Positions 29,404-39,444 of a stretch of DNA of 64,000 bases are shown in pieces. The notes under the pieces were generated by a model. That model searched no databases. It saw nothing but the letters and a program-made list of their open reading frames with translations, and was not told where the DNA came from. The DNA lies in NCBI GenBank assembly GCA_036846345.1, contig DAIUCD010000005.1:110155-174154 (forward strand), read 5' to 3'. A program made the position numbers and the translations under genes. How positions within the stretch are numbered: the first letter of the stretch is position 1; each line of letters opens with the position of its first letter. The DNA comes from Spirochaetota bacterium (GTDB lineage Bacteria; Spirochaetota; UBA4802; JAGODF01).

Positions 29404-30162
29404 ATGACAGAAAAGCTCTACAGGAATATCGAAAAGCACATAACGTCACAAATCAAGTTCTGGTCCGAGCAGAATAAAGATCTGGATTCGAGAGGCCTCA
29501 AGAGTGCCGCCCCTTCGCGGAGCACGGAAAGAGATGTCGTGCTCCCCTTCGTAACGGTTTCCCGGGAATACGGCTGCGGTGGGTATGAAGTAGCGGAGAG
29601 ATTGGCCACCCTGCTTAATGAGGATTACTATAAAAGGGATCTGTGGGTTGCCTATGACCGCAAGGTCCTCGAGACCATAATGAAGGACATGGGCCTCTCC
29701 CATCAATTGGCGGAAACCATGACGTTGACCGCCCGGAAGACCATGACCAATTTTTTCCAGACCACTTTCAGCAAGTTCCCTCCTCAGGTGGCCGTTTACA
29801 AAAAGCTTACAGAAACGGTCATGACCATTGCCTCCAACGGATACGGTATAATCGTAGGCCGCGCCGGCAATGCCATTACCCGCGATATGGAGTGCGGCTT
29901 TCATGTACGGCTCGTGGCCTCCATGGAGTGGAAGATAAACAGGATCTCCGAACTCATGAACCTGAAGAAGAAAGATGCGGAGGCCCTCATCCTTGAAAAG
30001 TCCCGCCAGAGGGATGAGTTCCTGAGGGAATTCGTCCGATTTGACAACTCGGACGTCCTGAACTATCACCTGGTTATCAACAATGCCCGGTACAATTCCG
30101 AGGAGGCTGCGGCGATTATCGCCAAGGGTATGTTGTCCAAGGGGCTGGTTAAGGCCAAGTAA
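29404..30162 (+). CDS. cytidylate-kinase-like family protein
   Basis: VTVSREYGCGGYEVAERLA P-loop-like N-terminus characteristic of the CMP-kinase-like family. Confidence 0.65.
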   Translation: MTEKLYRNIEKHITSQIKFWSEQNKDLDSRGLKSAAPSRSTERDVVLPFVTVSREYGCGGYEVAERLATLLNEDYYKRDLWVAYDRKVLETIMKDMGLSHQLAETMTLTARKTMTNFFQTTFSKFPPQVAVYKKLTETVMTIASNGYGIIVGRAGNAITRDMECGFHVRLVASMEWKINRISELMNLKKKDAEALILEKSRQRDEFLREFVRFDNSDVLNYHLVINNARYNSEEAAAIIAKGMLSKGLVKAK

Positions 30163-30242
30163 GCCCAGATGGAACCCCCCACCTTCTGGATGTCCCTCAC
30201 GGTCATTCTCTGCCCTGTTATGTCAGGGGATACTGGGGAATC

Positions 30243-30749
30243 ATGAGCAGCGGTGACCTGGTGCTGGCGTTTCAGATGCAGGAAACATGGCTTCAGTTCG
30301 AACCGGAGAAGTCCATTCTCTTGTGCCGTGCAAGGGATGATGCCGGCAAAAAGCTGTGGGCCAAAAAGATTCCCGATGCTCTGCATATCGACAATGTCCT
30401 GGAAGACGATGCGAGATATTATCTTGCCGTGGAGTTTGACGAAACCAGCGGTCAGTTTCTTGCCCTGTCGAAGGAGGGCGGAAACACATTCTGGTTCATA
30501 CCGGGTAAATCCTTTCTCCAACTGCTTTACCAGGGCTCCCTCTATTTCATCTTTATCGATCAGCAGGATGAGCATTATCTTATAAAGGTCAATCCGGTAA
30601 ACGGTTCCAAGTTCTGGCATCACAGGGTGGAGCAAGATCTCCGAGAATATCTCTTCCTGAAAAAGACCGTGGAACTGCGATATGCCTCAGGGCGGCGAGA
30701 ATTTTTATCACTGGAAACCGGAAAACCGGACGACACTGTAATTAAGTAG
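30243..30749 (+). CDS. hypothetical protein
   Basis: 168-aa ORF co-oriented with its neighbours; preferred over the overlapping antisense ORF 30066-30635. Confidence 0.4.
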   Translation: MSSGDLVLAFQMQETWLQFEPEKSILLCRARDDAGKKLWAKKIPDALHIDNVLEDDARYYLAVEFDETSGQFLALSKEGGNTFWFIPGKSFLQLLYQGSLYFIFIDQQDEHYLIKVNPVNGSKFWHHRVEQDLREYLFLKKTVELRYASGRREFLSLETGKPDDTVIK

Positions 30750-30804
30750 TACAGACGCAATCCCCCAGTTCATCGGTGGTTGCACACCCGGCAAGGAGGA
30801 GGTA

Positions 30805-32052
30805 ATGATTTTGCTCGCGAAACGGGCAAAATTTGTCATTATACTGGCAGTTATCGTCATGGCCGTCGGAACGGCATTCCTCGTCGCCCATCGGCGCGGC
30901 TGGGACTATCACTCCGTGCTTCGGTCCCTCCATAAGGAACCACATCAGGGTCTTCTTTCCATTATCGATAACCAGAGGGGACGGATAAACGATTTCCAGT
31001 CTCTTATGGAGGAAAAGATCCGTCTCTCCCGGGAATCCCGTAAGAAGCTCTATGACAGCTATGTGCAAACCCTGAGAGATGCCACCAGACCCAGGACATA
31101 CACCCCCGCGATGCCCATCAGGGAAAAAAGCGTGGTAACGCCTCTGCGTAGTGATTCCGGGGGAGAGAAGAAGTCGGGGCTGATTTCAATGCCGGAAAAA
31201 GTTCCCTATGGGGAGGACCAGGAATTTAAAAACCGGTTGGGGATCGATTCCGGTCATGAGGTCCCGAAAAAGAAAATGTCCCATGAGAAAAGGGTTGATA
31301 AAGCTCCTGATATTAAACCGGGGAAGAAACCGAAGGGAGGAGTTTTTGATAAAAAAAAGAATGTACGCCTCAAGGGAGACACTCAAAAGAAAAGATCGGC
31401 TCTGGCATCGCTTTATCCCTATTATTCGGGAAAGGGGGCGGTCCATTATCATGGGGCACGGTCGGAAAAACGGGTGGCCCTAACCTTCGATGCGGGGGAT
31501 GTGAACGATTCCGAGGAGAACATAACGAGCATACTGGACACCCTCGTCCGTACGGAAACACCGGCCACCTTTTTCCTCTCCGGGCGATGGATAGAAAAAC
31601 GCAGGGAACAATCCCGCCGGCTGGCCAATGTTAAGTATTTCGAGTTGGGAAACCATACCTACCGGCATCCGGATCTGACAAAACTCTCTGCAGGCGGCAT
31701 AAGGAGGGAGATGGAATCCACACAGAGAATCATACAGAGGGTTACCGGGAAGGTACCATCGCTCTTCCGGCCGCCATTCGGGCGGTATGATAATCGGGTC
31801 AGAAAGGAGGCACGCCGGTTGAAGCTCTCCCTCGTGCTATGGGATGTCGGCTCTGATGATTATCTGGCGAAAAAAACCAGCGATGACATCGCCGGAGCCA
31901 CATTGAAACATCTGAGTAACGGATCCATAGTCCTGCTCCATATCAACGGGGACGCGAAGAACACCCACAAGGCGCTTCCAGGAATCATCGAGGGAATCCG
32001 CAAGAAGGGGTATCGGATGGTTACCGTCAGCCAACTGCTTTCCGGTGATTAG
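30805..32052 (+). CDS. polysaccharide deacetylase (NodB-homology) with N-terminal membrane anchor
   Basis: LTFDAGD…NHTYRHPDL NodB motifs; N-terminal TM; Lys-rich linker. Confidence 0.8.
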   Translation: MILLAKRAKFVIILAVIVMAVGTAFLVAHRRGWDYHSVLRSLHKEPHQGLLSIIDNQRGRINDFQSLMEEKIRLSRESRKKLYDSYVQTLRDATRPRTYTPAMPIREKSVVTPLRSDSGGEKKSGLISMPEKVPYGEDQEFKNRLGIDSGHEVPKKKMSHEKRVDKAPDIKPGKKPKGGVFDKKKNVRLKGDTQKKRSALASLYPYYSGKGAVHYHGARSEKRVALTFDAGDVNDSEENITSILDTLVRTETPATFFLSGRWIEKRREQSRRLANVKYFELGNHTYRHPDLTKLSAGGIRREMESTQRIIQRVTGKVPSLFRPPFGRYDNRVRKEARRLKLSLVLWDVGSDDYLAKKTSDDIAGATLKHLSNGSIVLLHINGDAKNTHKALPGIIEGIRKKGYRMVTVSQLLSGD

Positions 32053-32148
32053 GTTCGGCTGAATTATTTCAGTCCTTATTAAAAAGTGTTTGAAAATATC
32101 CAACCTGCATAGCATTATTCTGGGCTATAAGGGCAGGAGTTTCACCGA

Positions 32149-35100
32149 GTGCCATCATCCCTGCCAGGCCAGGAGCATGTCATGGACATCACCGGCGAGA
32201 TCATCCAAAAGCGTTACAGGATCACCAGCCCCATTGCTGAGGGAGGCATGAGTTATGTCTTCATGGCTGAGGATCTGGAGAAGACCGGAAGCACCGTGGC
32301 CGTGAAGATCCTGAAACGGAAGGGGACATCAAGAAGGATCGAGGATGTGATTCGGTTCCATTCTGAAGCAACCACAATTTCCCGCATAAACCATCCCAAT
32401 ATCATTAAAATCCATGAGGTCGGGGAGACCGACTCTCCCTCGATGCCGGGGATGCACTATATCGTGATGGAGTACATCCGCGGAGGAAATCTCTTCGAGA
32501 TGGTATCTCGGAAGAGGTTTCCAGATTGGAAGACCGCCCTCGTGATCATTTCAGGCCTTTGCCGTGCTCTGAGCCATATCCACGATAACGGTATCATACA
32601 CCGGGACATCAAGCCGGGAAACATCATGATTTTACAGAATGGAGGCATGCTGAAGACGGATCAGATAAAACTGATCGATTTCGGTCTGGCTCAACTGAAG
32701 GAATTTGCGGACATGGGAGATATCGAGGAGGTCTTAGGAACTTTTAGCTACATGTCTCCCGAGCAGACGGGACTTGTGAAGAAGAACGTAGATGAGCGAA
32801 GCGATCTCTATTCACTCGGCGTCGTCTTCTACCAGCTTCTCACCGGTGAACTTCCTTTCAAGGGTGAGGATGTGAGTTCTCTTATCCACCAGCATGTGGC
32901 CCAGATGGCCCGGCCACCGGCGGATCTAAACCGCGATTTGCCCGTAGTGGTAAGCAAGATGGTGATGAAACTCATGGAAAAGGACCAGGAGAAGCGCTAT
33001 CAGAGCGCGGAGGGGCTGCTGAAGGACGTAGAAAAGGTTTTAAACGACCGCTATGATTTCATGCCGGGGCAGGAGGACAGGAGAGTAAGGCTAACCTTTC
33101 GGACAGGACTCATCGGACGCGAGCAGGAGATGAAGAGCCTTAGGGATCTGGCGGACCGGGCCATAAGCGGCGAGGGCCGGGCGGTCTTTATTGGGGGCGA
33201 AGCCGGGAGAGGGAAAACCCGTCTGCTGGAGGAACTGAAAGGATATGTCATCTCCCTTGGCGGTGTTTTCCTGACAGGAAAGTGTTTTGCCGGCGAGAAT
33301 AAGACGCCATACGGACCTTTCCGTGATCAGCTGAGTTTCTATCTCAAGCTTTTCAACAGGTATACGGAAAACAAGAAACAGGCTGTAAAAAAACAGATAC
33401 AGAACCGGATTGGCGGACTCGGCAGGGTCATTCTCCAGCTGAGCAAGGAAATGGAAGTTCTGCTGGGCGATTGTCCTGAGCTGGTAGGTCTTGAGCCGGA
33501 CCGTGAAAACGAGCGGTTCCTCATCGCCTCGGGTCAATTTTTTCAACATATCGCCGAAATCGAAAAGCTCATGGTCCTCGTCTTCGATGACCTCCAGTGG
33601 TCGGATGAGGGCAGCTTTACCCTGATGAGGGAGATTATAGGACAGTTCGATAGGTCTCGGATACTCATCGTGGGCACTTACCGGGATAATGAACTCTACG
33701 AGTATCACACACTCCAGAAGATGATCAACCTTTACGTCCATGACAAGCGAGTCGAGTTGATGAGCCTGGGGCTATTTGACCGGCATAAAATGGAAGGCTT
33801 TATCTCCAGTTTGCTCTTCACGGACGATGAGTCCATAAAGGATATCTCCGAGTTCATACTGAACAAGAGCCGGGGAAATCCATTTTTCGCCCTGGAGATA
33901 CTGAAGCAGCTGGTTAATGAAAATGCACTCTTTTATGCGGGAAACCGTTGGAATATCAGTTATGATGTCTTGGGGACCATCGAGATATCCCCTACTGTAA
34001 TCGATGTTATCCTGAACCGCATATCCCAGCTGGATGAACGGGAGATGAAGGTTCTCTCACTCGCTTCTGTGATCGGAAGAAGGTTTACATTGGATCTGCT
34101 TTTTAGGCTGCTGGATTACGAAAAGGGAGATATCGTCAGTATGATCGACAAGGCCCTGCATCTGCAGTTCCTGGAAACGGAGCCTGATGAAAAAGGGATA
34201 TTATATTTCGCTCATGATAGGATCAAGGAAGCCTTTTATTCCCGGCTCAGGACGGAGGAGAGGAAGCAGAGTCATCTTCATATTGCAAAAATGATGGAGC
34301 GCAATTACAAAGAGGATGAGGAATCCCTCCTTTTCGATCTTGCACATCATTATATTGAGGGTAATAATCCTGAGAAATCCCTTACTTACGCCTTCCCCGC
34401 AGGTGTAAAGGCAAAAGAAAAATATGCCAACGAGGAGGCGATCAAGTATTATTCCCTCGTGCTCAAGCTGCTTGGGATATCTCTCTCGGGGCTTGCAGAA
34501 GACAAGAGGGAGATGTGGATTCGGACTAGAGAGGACCTGGGAGAAATCTATCAGACGATCGGAAAAAACGACGAGGCAATCGCTCTTTTCAACGAGCTTC
34601 TCGATAATTCTATCGAACTGCTGAAAAAGGCCGACTACAACAAAAACATAAGCCGTGCCTATTTCAAAAAAGGGGATTGGAAAAATTGCGAGGAATACGG
34701 CCGTCGGGGTCTCGAAATCCTGGGGGAAAGACTGCCAACTGGTACCTTGAGGGTCGTTCCGAGTGCCCTGAGAGAGCTGTTCGTCCATTTCGTTCAGGAG
34801 CTGTTCCACTCCCTCTTTACCGGCATGAGGAATAGGGATAAGAAAGATCAAATTATCGTCTGGTTCTATCTTACGCTCAACTGGATGTATATCCTGAGCG
34901 ATATAAAGAAATTCATCCGCTCCATCATGCGAATGCTCAACATCTCCCAACGGCGACTGGGCATATCCCGGGAGTTGGGAATCAGCTTGGGGGCCTATGC
35001 CAGCCTGCAGATGGCGTTGCCCCTCTTCGCAAGATCCATCCGCAATCAAAACCGGGCCATTGAGATCAAGAAGCTCTTTAAGGATGAGTGGGGAATAGCC

Positions 35101-37413
35101 CAGTCCCTGCAGTTCCTGGGTTTCTGTTATGAGTGGAAGGGGGATTATTCTAAAAGTCTTGAGTGCTTTGAACAGAGCAGCGCCATTTTCCGCAAGATCG
35201 GGGATCTCCGGGAGCTTGGCATGACCCTGAACGGGATGATACATGTCCAGTATTTCCTGGGTAACTACAACAGCGCCCAGAAGATCAATCATGAATATTA
35301 CGATATCGTTGGACGCTCACGGGATAATTACGGGATCAGCGTGTCGATGATTTACAGCGCCCAGTACAATATTGAAAGGGGCAATTACGAGGGGGCGGAG
35401 GAGCTGGTCAGAAACGCCAGGGATTTGAGCAAGAAGCATGATATCACCTTTGTCTACTGCGAATCCCTCATCAATGAAGGCCGGCTCTTACAGGAAACCG
35501 GGCAACTGGAGGATGCTGTTATCTGTCTTGAGGAGGCACGGGAGATCATCGAGAAAAATGATTTTCTCAAGCAGTATACGGTTTATCTCTATCCCTACCT
35601 TGCCGCGGCTTATCTGAAACAATGGGCCGAGGACAGGAAGGATCTCAGCCCTGGGGAGAAGCTGGCCCTTCGTCTGAAAGCCGAGAAGACCGTTAAAAAG
35701 GCTCTCCGGATCACGAAATCATGGCCAACCCACTACGGTACGGCCCTGAGAATAGCCGGAAAATATTATGCCGCCATGCAAAGGGACAAGCGAGCGGAAA
35801 AATATCTCCTAAGGGCTATCAATCACTGTGCCGAATATCTCCGAAAATACGAACTGGGGATGGGATTCTTCGAGTACGGCAGATACCTGGACCATACGGG
35901 CAGGCTGGAGGCGGCCCGGGGCAGACTGGAATCGGCCTATCGGATATTCAAGGAGATAGGATCCCGGGTTAATCTTCAGAAAACTGCGGAGATGATGGGG
36001 GTCAACTACGAGGAGGAGTCCACCACGGTACAAAGACTTGTGGACAAACAGAAGATTTCATCCATAATCAAGGTGAGCCAGGATATCAGTTCCATCCTCA
36101 ACCTGGATGAGTTGCTGGAGCATGTCATGGCGAAGGCCATAGAGGTGACCGGGGCCCAGCGCGCCTACCTCCTCATCAAAAATGATGAAGGCCTGCTTCA
36201 GCTCAAGGCCTCGAAGAACATCATCAATCCTGACAGGGAGGAATACTCCAGCAGTATTGTCGATGAGGTCATTAAAAGCGGGAACCCGGTAATTACGCTC
36301 AACGCCAGGGAAGAAAGGTTTGCTGAGATGAAAAGCGTTGTGGAATATGATCTGAAGTCCGTTCTCTGCATACCCATACGGCATCATGAGGAAATCATAG
36401 GGGTATGCTATCTTGACAATCAGCTGTCCAGCGGCGTATTTACCCAGGAAGACGCCAGCCTTTTGAGCGTCTTCATGACACAGGCGGCTATTGCCATCGA
36501 GAATGCCTCCTTTTATCAGAGACTGGAGACGCGAGTGGAGGAGAGAACACAGGAACTGGCCAGGAAGACATCGGAACTGGCACGGCGATCCAGGGAACTG
36601 AGTATAACCAATGAGGAGCTGATCGAGGCATATTCCAAGCTGAACGTAACTTATGAGGAGCTGAACAAGGCTTACAAGACCATTAAAGAGGATCTGGCCC
36701 TGGCCAAAAGAATACAGGAGAACATCCTGCCCGGCCGTATGGAACAGTCCGGAAAACTGGAGACGGAGGTTATATACCGTCCCATGGGGGAAGTCGGGGG
36801 AGATATTTACGATATCTTCGAGGTGAGACCCGGGGTCGTCAGAATATTCCTGGCTGACGCGACGGGGCATGGGGTACAGGCTGCCCTGGTGACCATGATC
36901 ATCAAGGGGGAATTTGAAAAGATAAAGATGAGCGATGATCAGCCTTCGATTCTTCTGGAACAGATGAACAGCACCTTCGTCGAGACTTACAAGACACTGA
37001 AGATGTTCTTTACCTGCATAGTGTTGGACGTTGACTATAATGAGCATAGTATAAATTATGCCTCTGCCGGTCATCCCACGCAATACATGGTGACCGGGGC
37101 GGGTTTAAGGGAATTGCCACGGACCGGCCGCATGGTGGGTCTGATCGAGGTGGTCTCCTACAGGAATGTTCAGATGGATTTCTGTGAGGGGGATAAGCTC
37201 ATTCTTTTTACCGACGGTATTTTCGAGGAGTTCAACAGCCGGGGAGAGGCCTATGGTGAGGACCGCATGAAAGGGATCATTCAGGATAAACGGAATTTGA
37301 GAGTGCAGGGGATCATCGAAGAGATATTCCAGGATCTGCAGGGTTTTATGGGAAATGACCGCCCTGTCAACGACAACGACGACATCACCGTGATCGGTCT
37401 TCAATACCTGTAG
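32149..37413 (+). CDS. multidomain signalling protein: Ser/Thr protein kinase – AAA(+)/STAND ATPase – TPR – GAF – coiled coil – PP2C/SpoIIE phosphatase
   Basis: Kinase motifs HRDIKPGN / DFG / SPE; Walker A GEAGRGKT; GAF near residues 1290-1440; C-terminal FLADATGHG…SAGHP…FTDG PP2C motifs. Start could be the GTG at 32149 or the ATG at 32182. Confidence 0.85.
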   Translation: MPSSLPGQEHVMDITGEIIQKRYRITSPIAEGGMSYVFMAEDLEKTGSTVAVKILKRKGTSRRIEDVIRFHSEATTISRINHPNIIKIHEVGETDSPSMPGMHYIVMEYIRGGNLFEMVSRKRFPDWKTALVIISGLCRALSHIHDNGIIHRDIKPGNIMILQNGGMLKTDQIKLIDFGLAQLKEFADMGDIEEVLGTFSYMSPEQTGLVKKNVDERSDLYSLGVVFYQLLTGELPFKGEDVSSLIHQHVAQMARPPADLNRDLPVVVSKMVMKLMEKDQEKRYQSAEGLLKDVEKVLNDRYDFMPGQEDRRVRLTFRTGLIGREQEMKSLRDLADRAISGEGRAVFIGGEAGRGKTRLLEELKGYVISLGGVFLTGKCFAGENKTPYGPFRDQLSFYLKLFNRYTENKKQAVKKQIQNRIGGLGRVILQLSKEMEVLLGDCPELVGLEPDRENERFLIASGQFFQHIAEIEKLMVLVFDDLQWSDEGSFTLMREIIGQFDRSRILIVGTYRDNELYEYHTLQKMINLYVHDKRVELMSLGLFDRHKMEGFISSLLFTDDESIKDISEFILNKSRGNPFFALEILKQLVNENALFYAGNRWNISYDVLGTIEISPTVIDVILNRISQLDEREMKVLSLASVIGRRFTLDLLFRLLDYEKGDIVSMIDKALHLQFLETEPDEKGILYFAHDRIKEAFYSRLRTEERKQSHLHIAKMMERNYKEDEESLLFDLAHHYIEGNNPEKSLTYAFPAGVKAKEKYANEEAIKYYSLVLKLLGISLSGLAEDKREMWIRTREDLGEIYQTIGKNDEAIALFNELLDNSIELLKKADYNKNISRAYFKKGDWKNCEEYGRRGLEILGERLPTGTLRVVPSALRELFVHFVQELFHSLFTGMRNRDKKDQIIVWFYLTLNWMYILSDIKKFIRSIMRMLNISQRRLGISRELGISLGAYASLQMALPLFARSIRNQNRAIEIKKLFKDEWGIAQSLQFLGFCYEWKGDYSKSLECFEQSSAIFRKIGDLRELGMTLNGMIHVQYFLGNYNSAQKINHEYYDIVGRSRDNYGISVSMIYSAQYNIERGNYEGAEELVRNARDLSKKHDITFVYCESLINEGRLLQETGQLEDAVICLEEAREIIEKNDFLKQYTVYLYPYLAAAYLKQWAEDRKDLSPGEKLALRLKAEKTVKKALRITKSWPTHYGTALRIAGKYYAAMQRDKRAEKYLLRAINHCAEYLRKYELGMGFFEYGRYLDHTGRLEAARGRLESAYRIFKEIGSRVNLQKTAEMMGVNYEEESTTVQRLVDKQKISSIIKVSQDISSILNLDELLEHVMAKAIEVTGAQRAYLLIKNDEGLLQLKASKNIINPDREEYSSSIVDEVIKSGNPVITLNAREERFAEMKSVVEYDLKSVLCIPIRHHEEIIGVCYLDNQLSSGVFTQEDASLLSVFMTQAAIAIENASFYQRLETRVEERTQELARKTSELARRSRELSITNEELIEAYSKLNVTYEELNKAYKTIKEDLALAKRIQENILPGRMEQSGKLETEVIYRPMGEVGGDIYDIFEVRPGVVRIFLADATGHGVQAALVTMIIKGEFEKIKMSDDQPSILLEQMNSTFVETYKTLKMFFTCIVLDVDYNEHSINYASAGHPTQYMVTGAGLRELPRTGRMVGLIEVVSYRNVQMDFCEGDKLILFTDGIFEEFNSRGEAYGEDRMKGIIQDKRNLRVQGIIEEIFQDLQGFMGNDRPVNDNDDITVIGLQYL

Positions 37414-37532
37414 CAATGCACGAACTGGTATTTCTGCAGTCAGCTTGTATATTCCGGTATTTTGCTTGATTTTTTATCAAGGTGATGAATCCTCTCCCTG
37501 GTAATCAACATTATTCGTGATAAGGAAAAGAG

Positions 37533-38471
37533 ATGGAATTTTTTACCAAGGACATTATGGAATCCTTCACTTTTGAGCGGTTCAAAAAAAGCTTTTTAAT
37601 TACATGGTTTTATCTGATGATCGGTCTCATCCTCTTCCTGTTCTTCCTGATACTTTCGGGCCTTATACCCAAGGAAAGCTTCTTCTACTACTTTCTGCAG
37701 AACATCGGAATGTTCATTCTCTTTACCTCGCTCCTAATGTCCTATGCCGGCGTCTATCGTATTAATCAGTATGAAAATGCTGCGGAGGTTAAAACCTCAG
37801 TTATTTTCAGGGATGTGTCCCGTCGGTCCCACTATCTCCTGGGAGTCGCTTTTATCACTCTAATCCTTATCGGGGTGATCATTTTCATCGAAGTGGGCAT
37901 AACGGCCCTGTCCTATATCCCTTACGCAGGTCCGGTGCTGATAGCTGTTCTTACGATACCTTTCCTGATGATCAATGTGGCCTGCGTGATTATGGCCTTC
38001 TGTATCTTTGCCGTCATGCCGGCGGTCATAAGCGCCTCTACGAGCTTCAAGGAGGGACTGAAGGAAATGCTCTATTTAATACGGAACAAGTGGCTCAACG
38101 TCATTATCTATCTTGTGATATCCCTTTCCTTTCTCTTTCTCTCCATGCTGGTGGTCTATTATCTCGTCATATATTCCGTGGGGATTACCTGGGCTTTGCA
38201 GTGGAAGATCAATGTGGCCTATCCTCAGGTCATCAGCAACATGGCCTTCAAGTCCTATCTCGTGGAGCTGATCAGGGGGATTACTCCTAAGCCTGATCCC
38301 ATCGGCGCCTATCAGACCTACGGACAGAGCGTCTTCACTTTTATCGATATTTTGCGGTATTGCATCGCTATTTCCTATATGTTCGTCTTCTCCTTTGTGG
38401 TGTCCTTTCCCTTTGCAGCCTATTTCAATATATCTTCACGCTTTTTCAGCAATATCAAGAAGGGCGAATGA
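37533..38471 (+). CDS. multi-pass integral membrane protein of unknown function
   Basis: At least six hydrophobic helices; no motif. Confidence 0.55.
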   Translation: MEFFTKDIMESFTFERFKKSFLITWFYLMIGLILFLFFLILSGLIPKESFFYYFLQNIGMFILFTSLLMSYAGVYRINQYENAAEVKTSVIFRDVSRRSHYLLGVAFITLILIGVIIFIEVGITALSYIPYAGPVLIAVLTIPFLMINVACVIMAFCIFAVMPAVISASTSFKEGLKEMLYLIRNKWLNVIIYLVISLSFLFLSMLVVYYLVIYSVGITWALQWKINVAYPQVISNMAFKSYLVELIRGITPKPDPIGAYQTYGQSVFTFIDILRYCIAISYMFVFSFVVSFPFAAYFNISSRFFSNIKKGE

Positions 38472-38507
38472 TATAAATCTATAGAACATAGGATTGAAGG
38501 AGGAATT

Positions 38508-39416
38508 ATGTCTGACATCCGTTTCGATGGACTGGTTGCGGTCATAACAGGCAGCGGCAGGGGATTGGGGCGCAGCTATGCCCTCGAATTCGCAAGGAGG
38601 GGGGCCAAGGTCGTAGTAAACGATCTGGGGGGCTCCAGGGACGGCGGCGGAGGGGACCACAGCGCCGCCGATGATGTCGTGAAGGAAATTAAAAACGGCG
38701 GCGGTGAAGCCGTGGCTAACTACGATTCTGTTTCCACTGTCGATAGCGGGCAGAAGATCATTCAGGCAGCCCTGGACAGTTTCGGGAGCGTCGATATCCT
38801 GGTAAACAACGCCGGAATCGTAATGGACCGGAGCATCGTCAAGATGACGGAAGACGCCTGGGATACGGTGATCAACGTACACCTGAAGGGGGCCTTCTGT
38901 GTGACGAAACCGGCTTTTGCCGCCATGAAGGAAAAGGGTTTCGGACGCATAATCATGACCGCGTCCGGTGCAGGACTGTATGGAAATTTTGGACAATCCA
39001 ATTACAGCGCGGCCAAAATGGCGCTCGTCGGCCTGATGAATACCCTCTCAATCGAAGGGGGGAAGTACAATATCAAATGCAATACCATCGCGCCGGTGGC
39101 GGCATCACGGATCACTGAGGATGTGCTTCCTCCGGAAATCTATAAAAAGCTGAAGCCTGAGTTCATCGTCCCGCTGGTGCTCTATCTCGCGTCCAGGGAG
39201 AATCAGGATACCAGTATGATCTTCAACTGCGCCGGCGGATGGTACAGTCGGACGGCGGTCATGTGCGCCCCGGGGATAGTCCTGGGTGACGGGCAGAGAG
39301 AGGTGAAACCGGAAGAGATCGCAGCCAACTGGCAGAAAATTACAAATCTGGAGGATGCCAGGGTCCTATCCAGCATCGTGGAATCCTTTTCCTTCATGGC
39401 ACCGATCCTTTCCTGA
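38508..39416 (+). CDS. SDR-family (3R)-hydroxyacyl-CoA dehydrogenase, peroxisomal MFE-2 (HSD17B4) N-terminal-domain type
   Basis: From memory of the human HSD17B4 N-terminus, strongly collinear: RFDG-V-V-TG-G-GLGR-YAL-FA-RGA-VVVNDLGG…YGNFGQ-NYSAAK…NTIAP. Confidence 0.85.
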   Translation: MSDIRFDGLVAVITGSGRGLGRSYALEFARRGAKVVVNDLGGSRDGGGGDHSAADDVVKEIKNGGGEAVANYDSVSTVDSGQKIIQAALDSFGSVDILVNNAGIVMDRSIVKMTEDAWDTVINVHLKGAFCVTKPAFAAMKEKGFGRIIMTASGAGLYGNFGQSNYSAAKMALVGLMNTLSIEGGKYNIKCNTIAPVAASRITEDVLPPEIYKKLKPEFIVPLVLYLASRENQDTSMIFNCAGGWYSRTAVMCAPGIVLGDGQREVKPEEIAANWQKITNLEDARVLSSIVESFSFMAPILS

Positions 39417-39444
39417 GGGATGGACAAAACAGTAGGAATCCCTG

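Noticed and set aside
30066-30635. 189-aa minus-strand ORF overlapping the 30243-30749 plus-strand ORF
   Set aside because: All neighbouring genes are on the plus strand with short spacings, and the plus-strand product is less low-complexity. The choice is uncertain, so the plus-strand gene is kept at low confidence only.
34201-37083. Two long minus-strand ORFs (363 and 341 aa) inside the giant kinase gene
   Set aside because: Both are antisense to a continuous 1754-aa ORF with kinase, Walker A, GAF and PP2C motifs; no independent signals.
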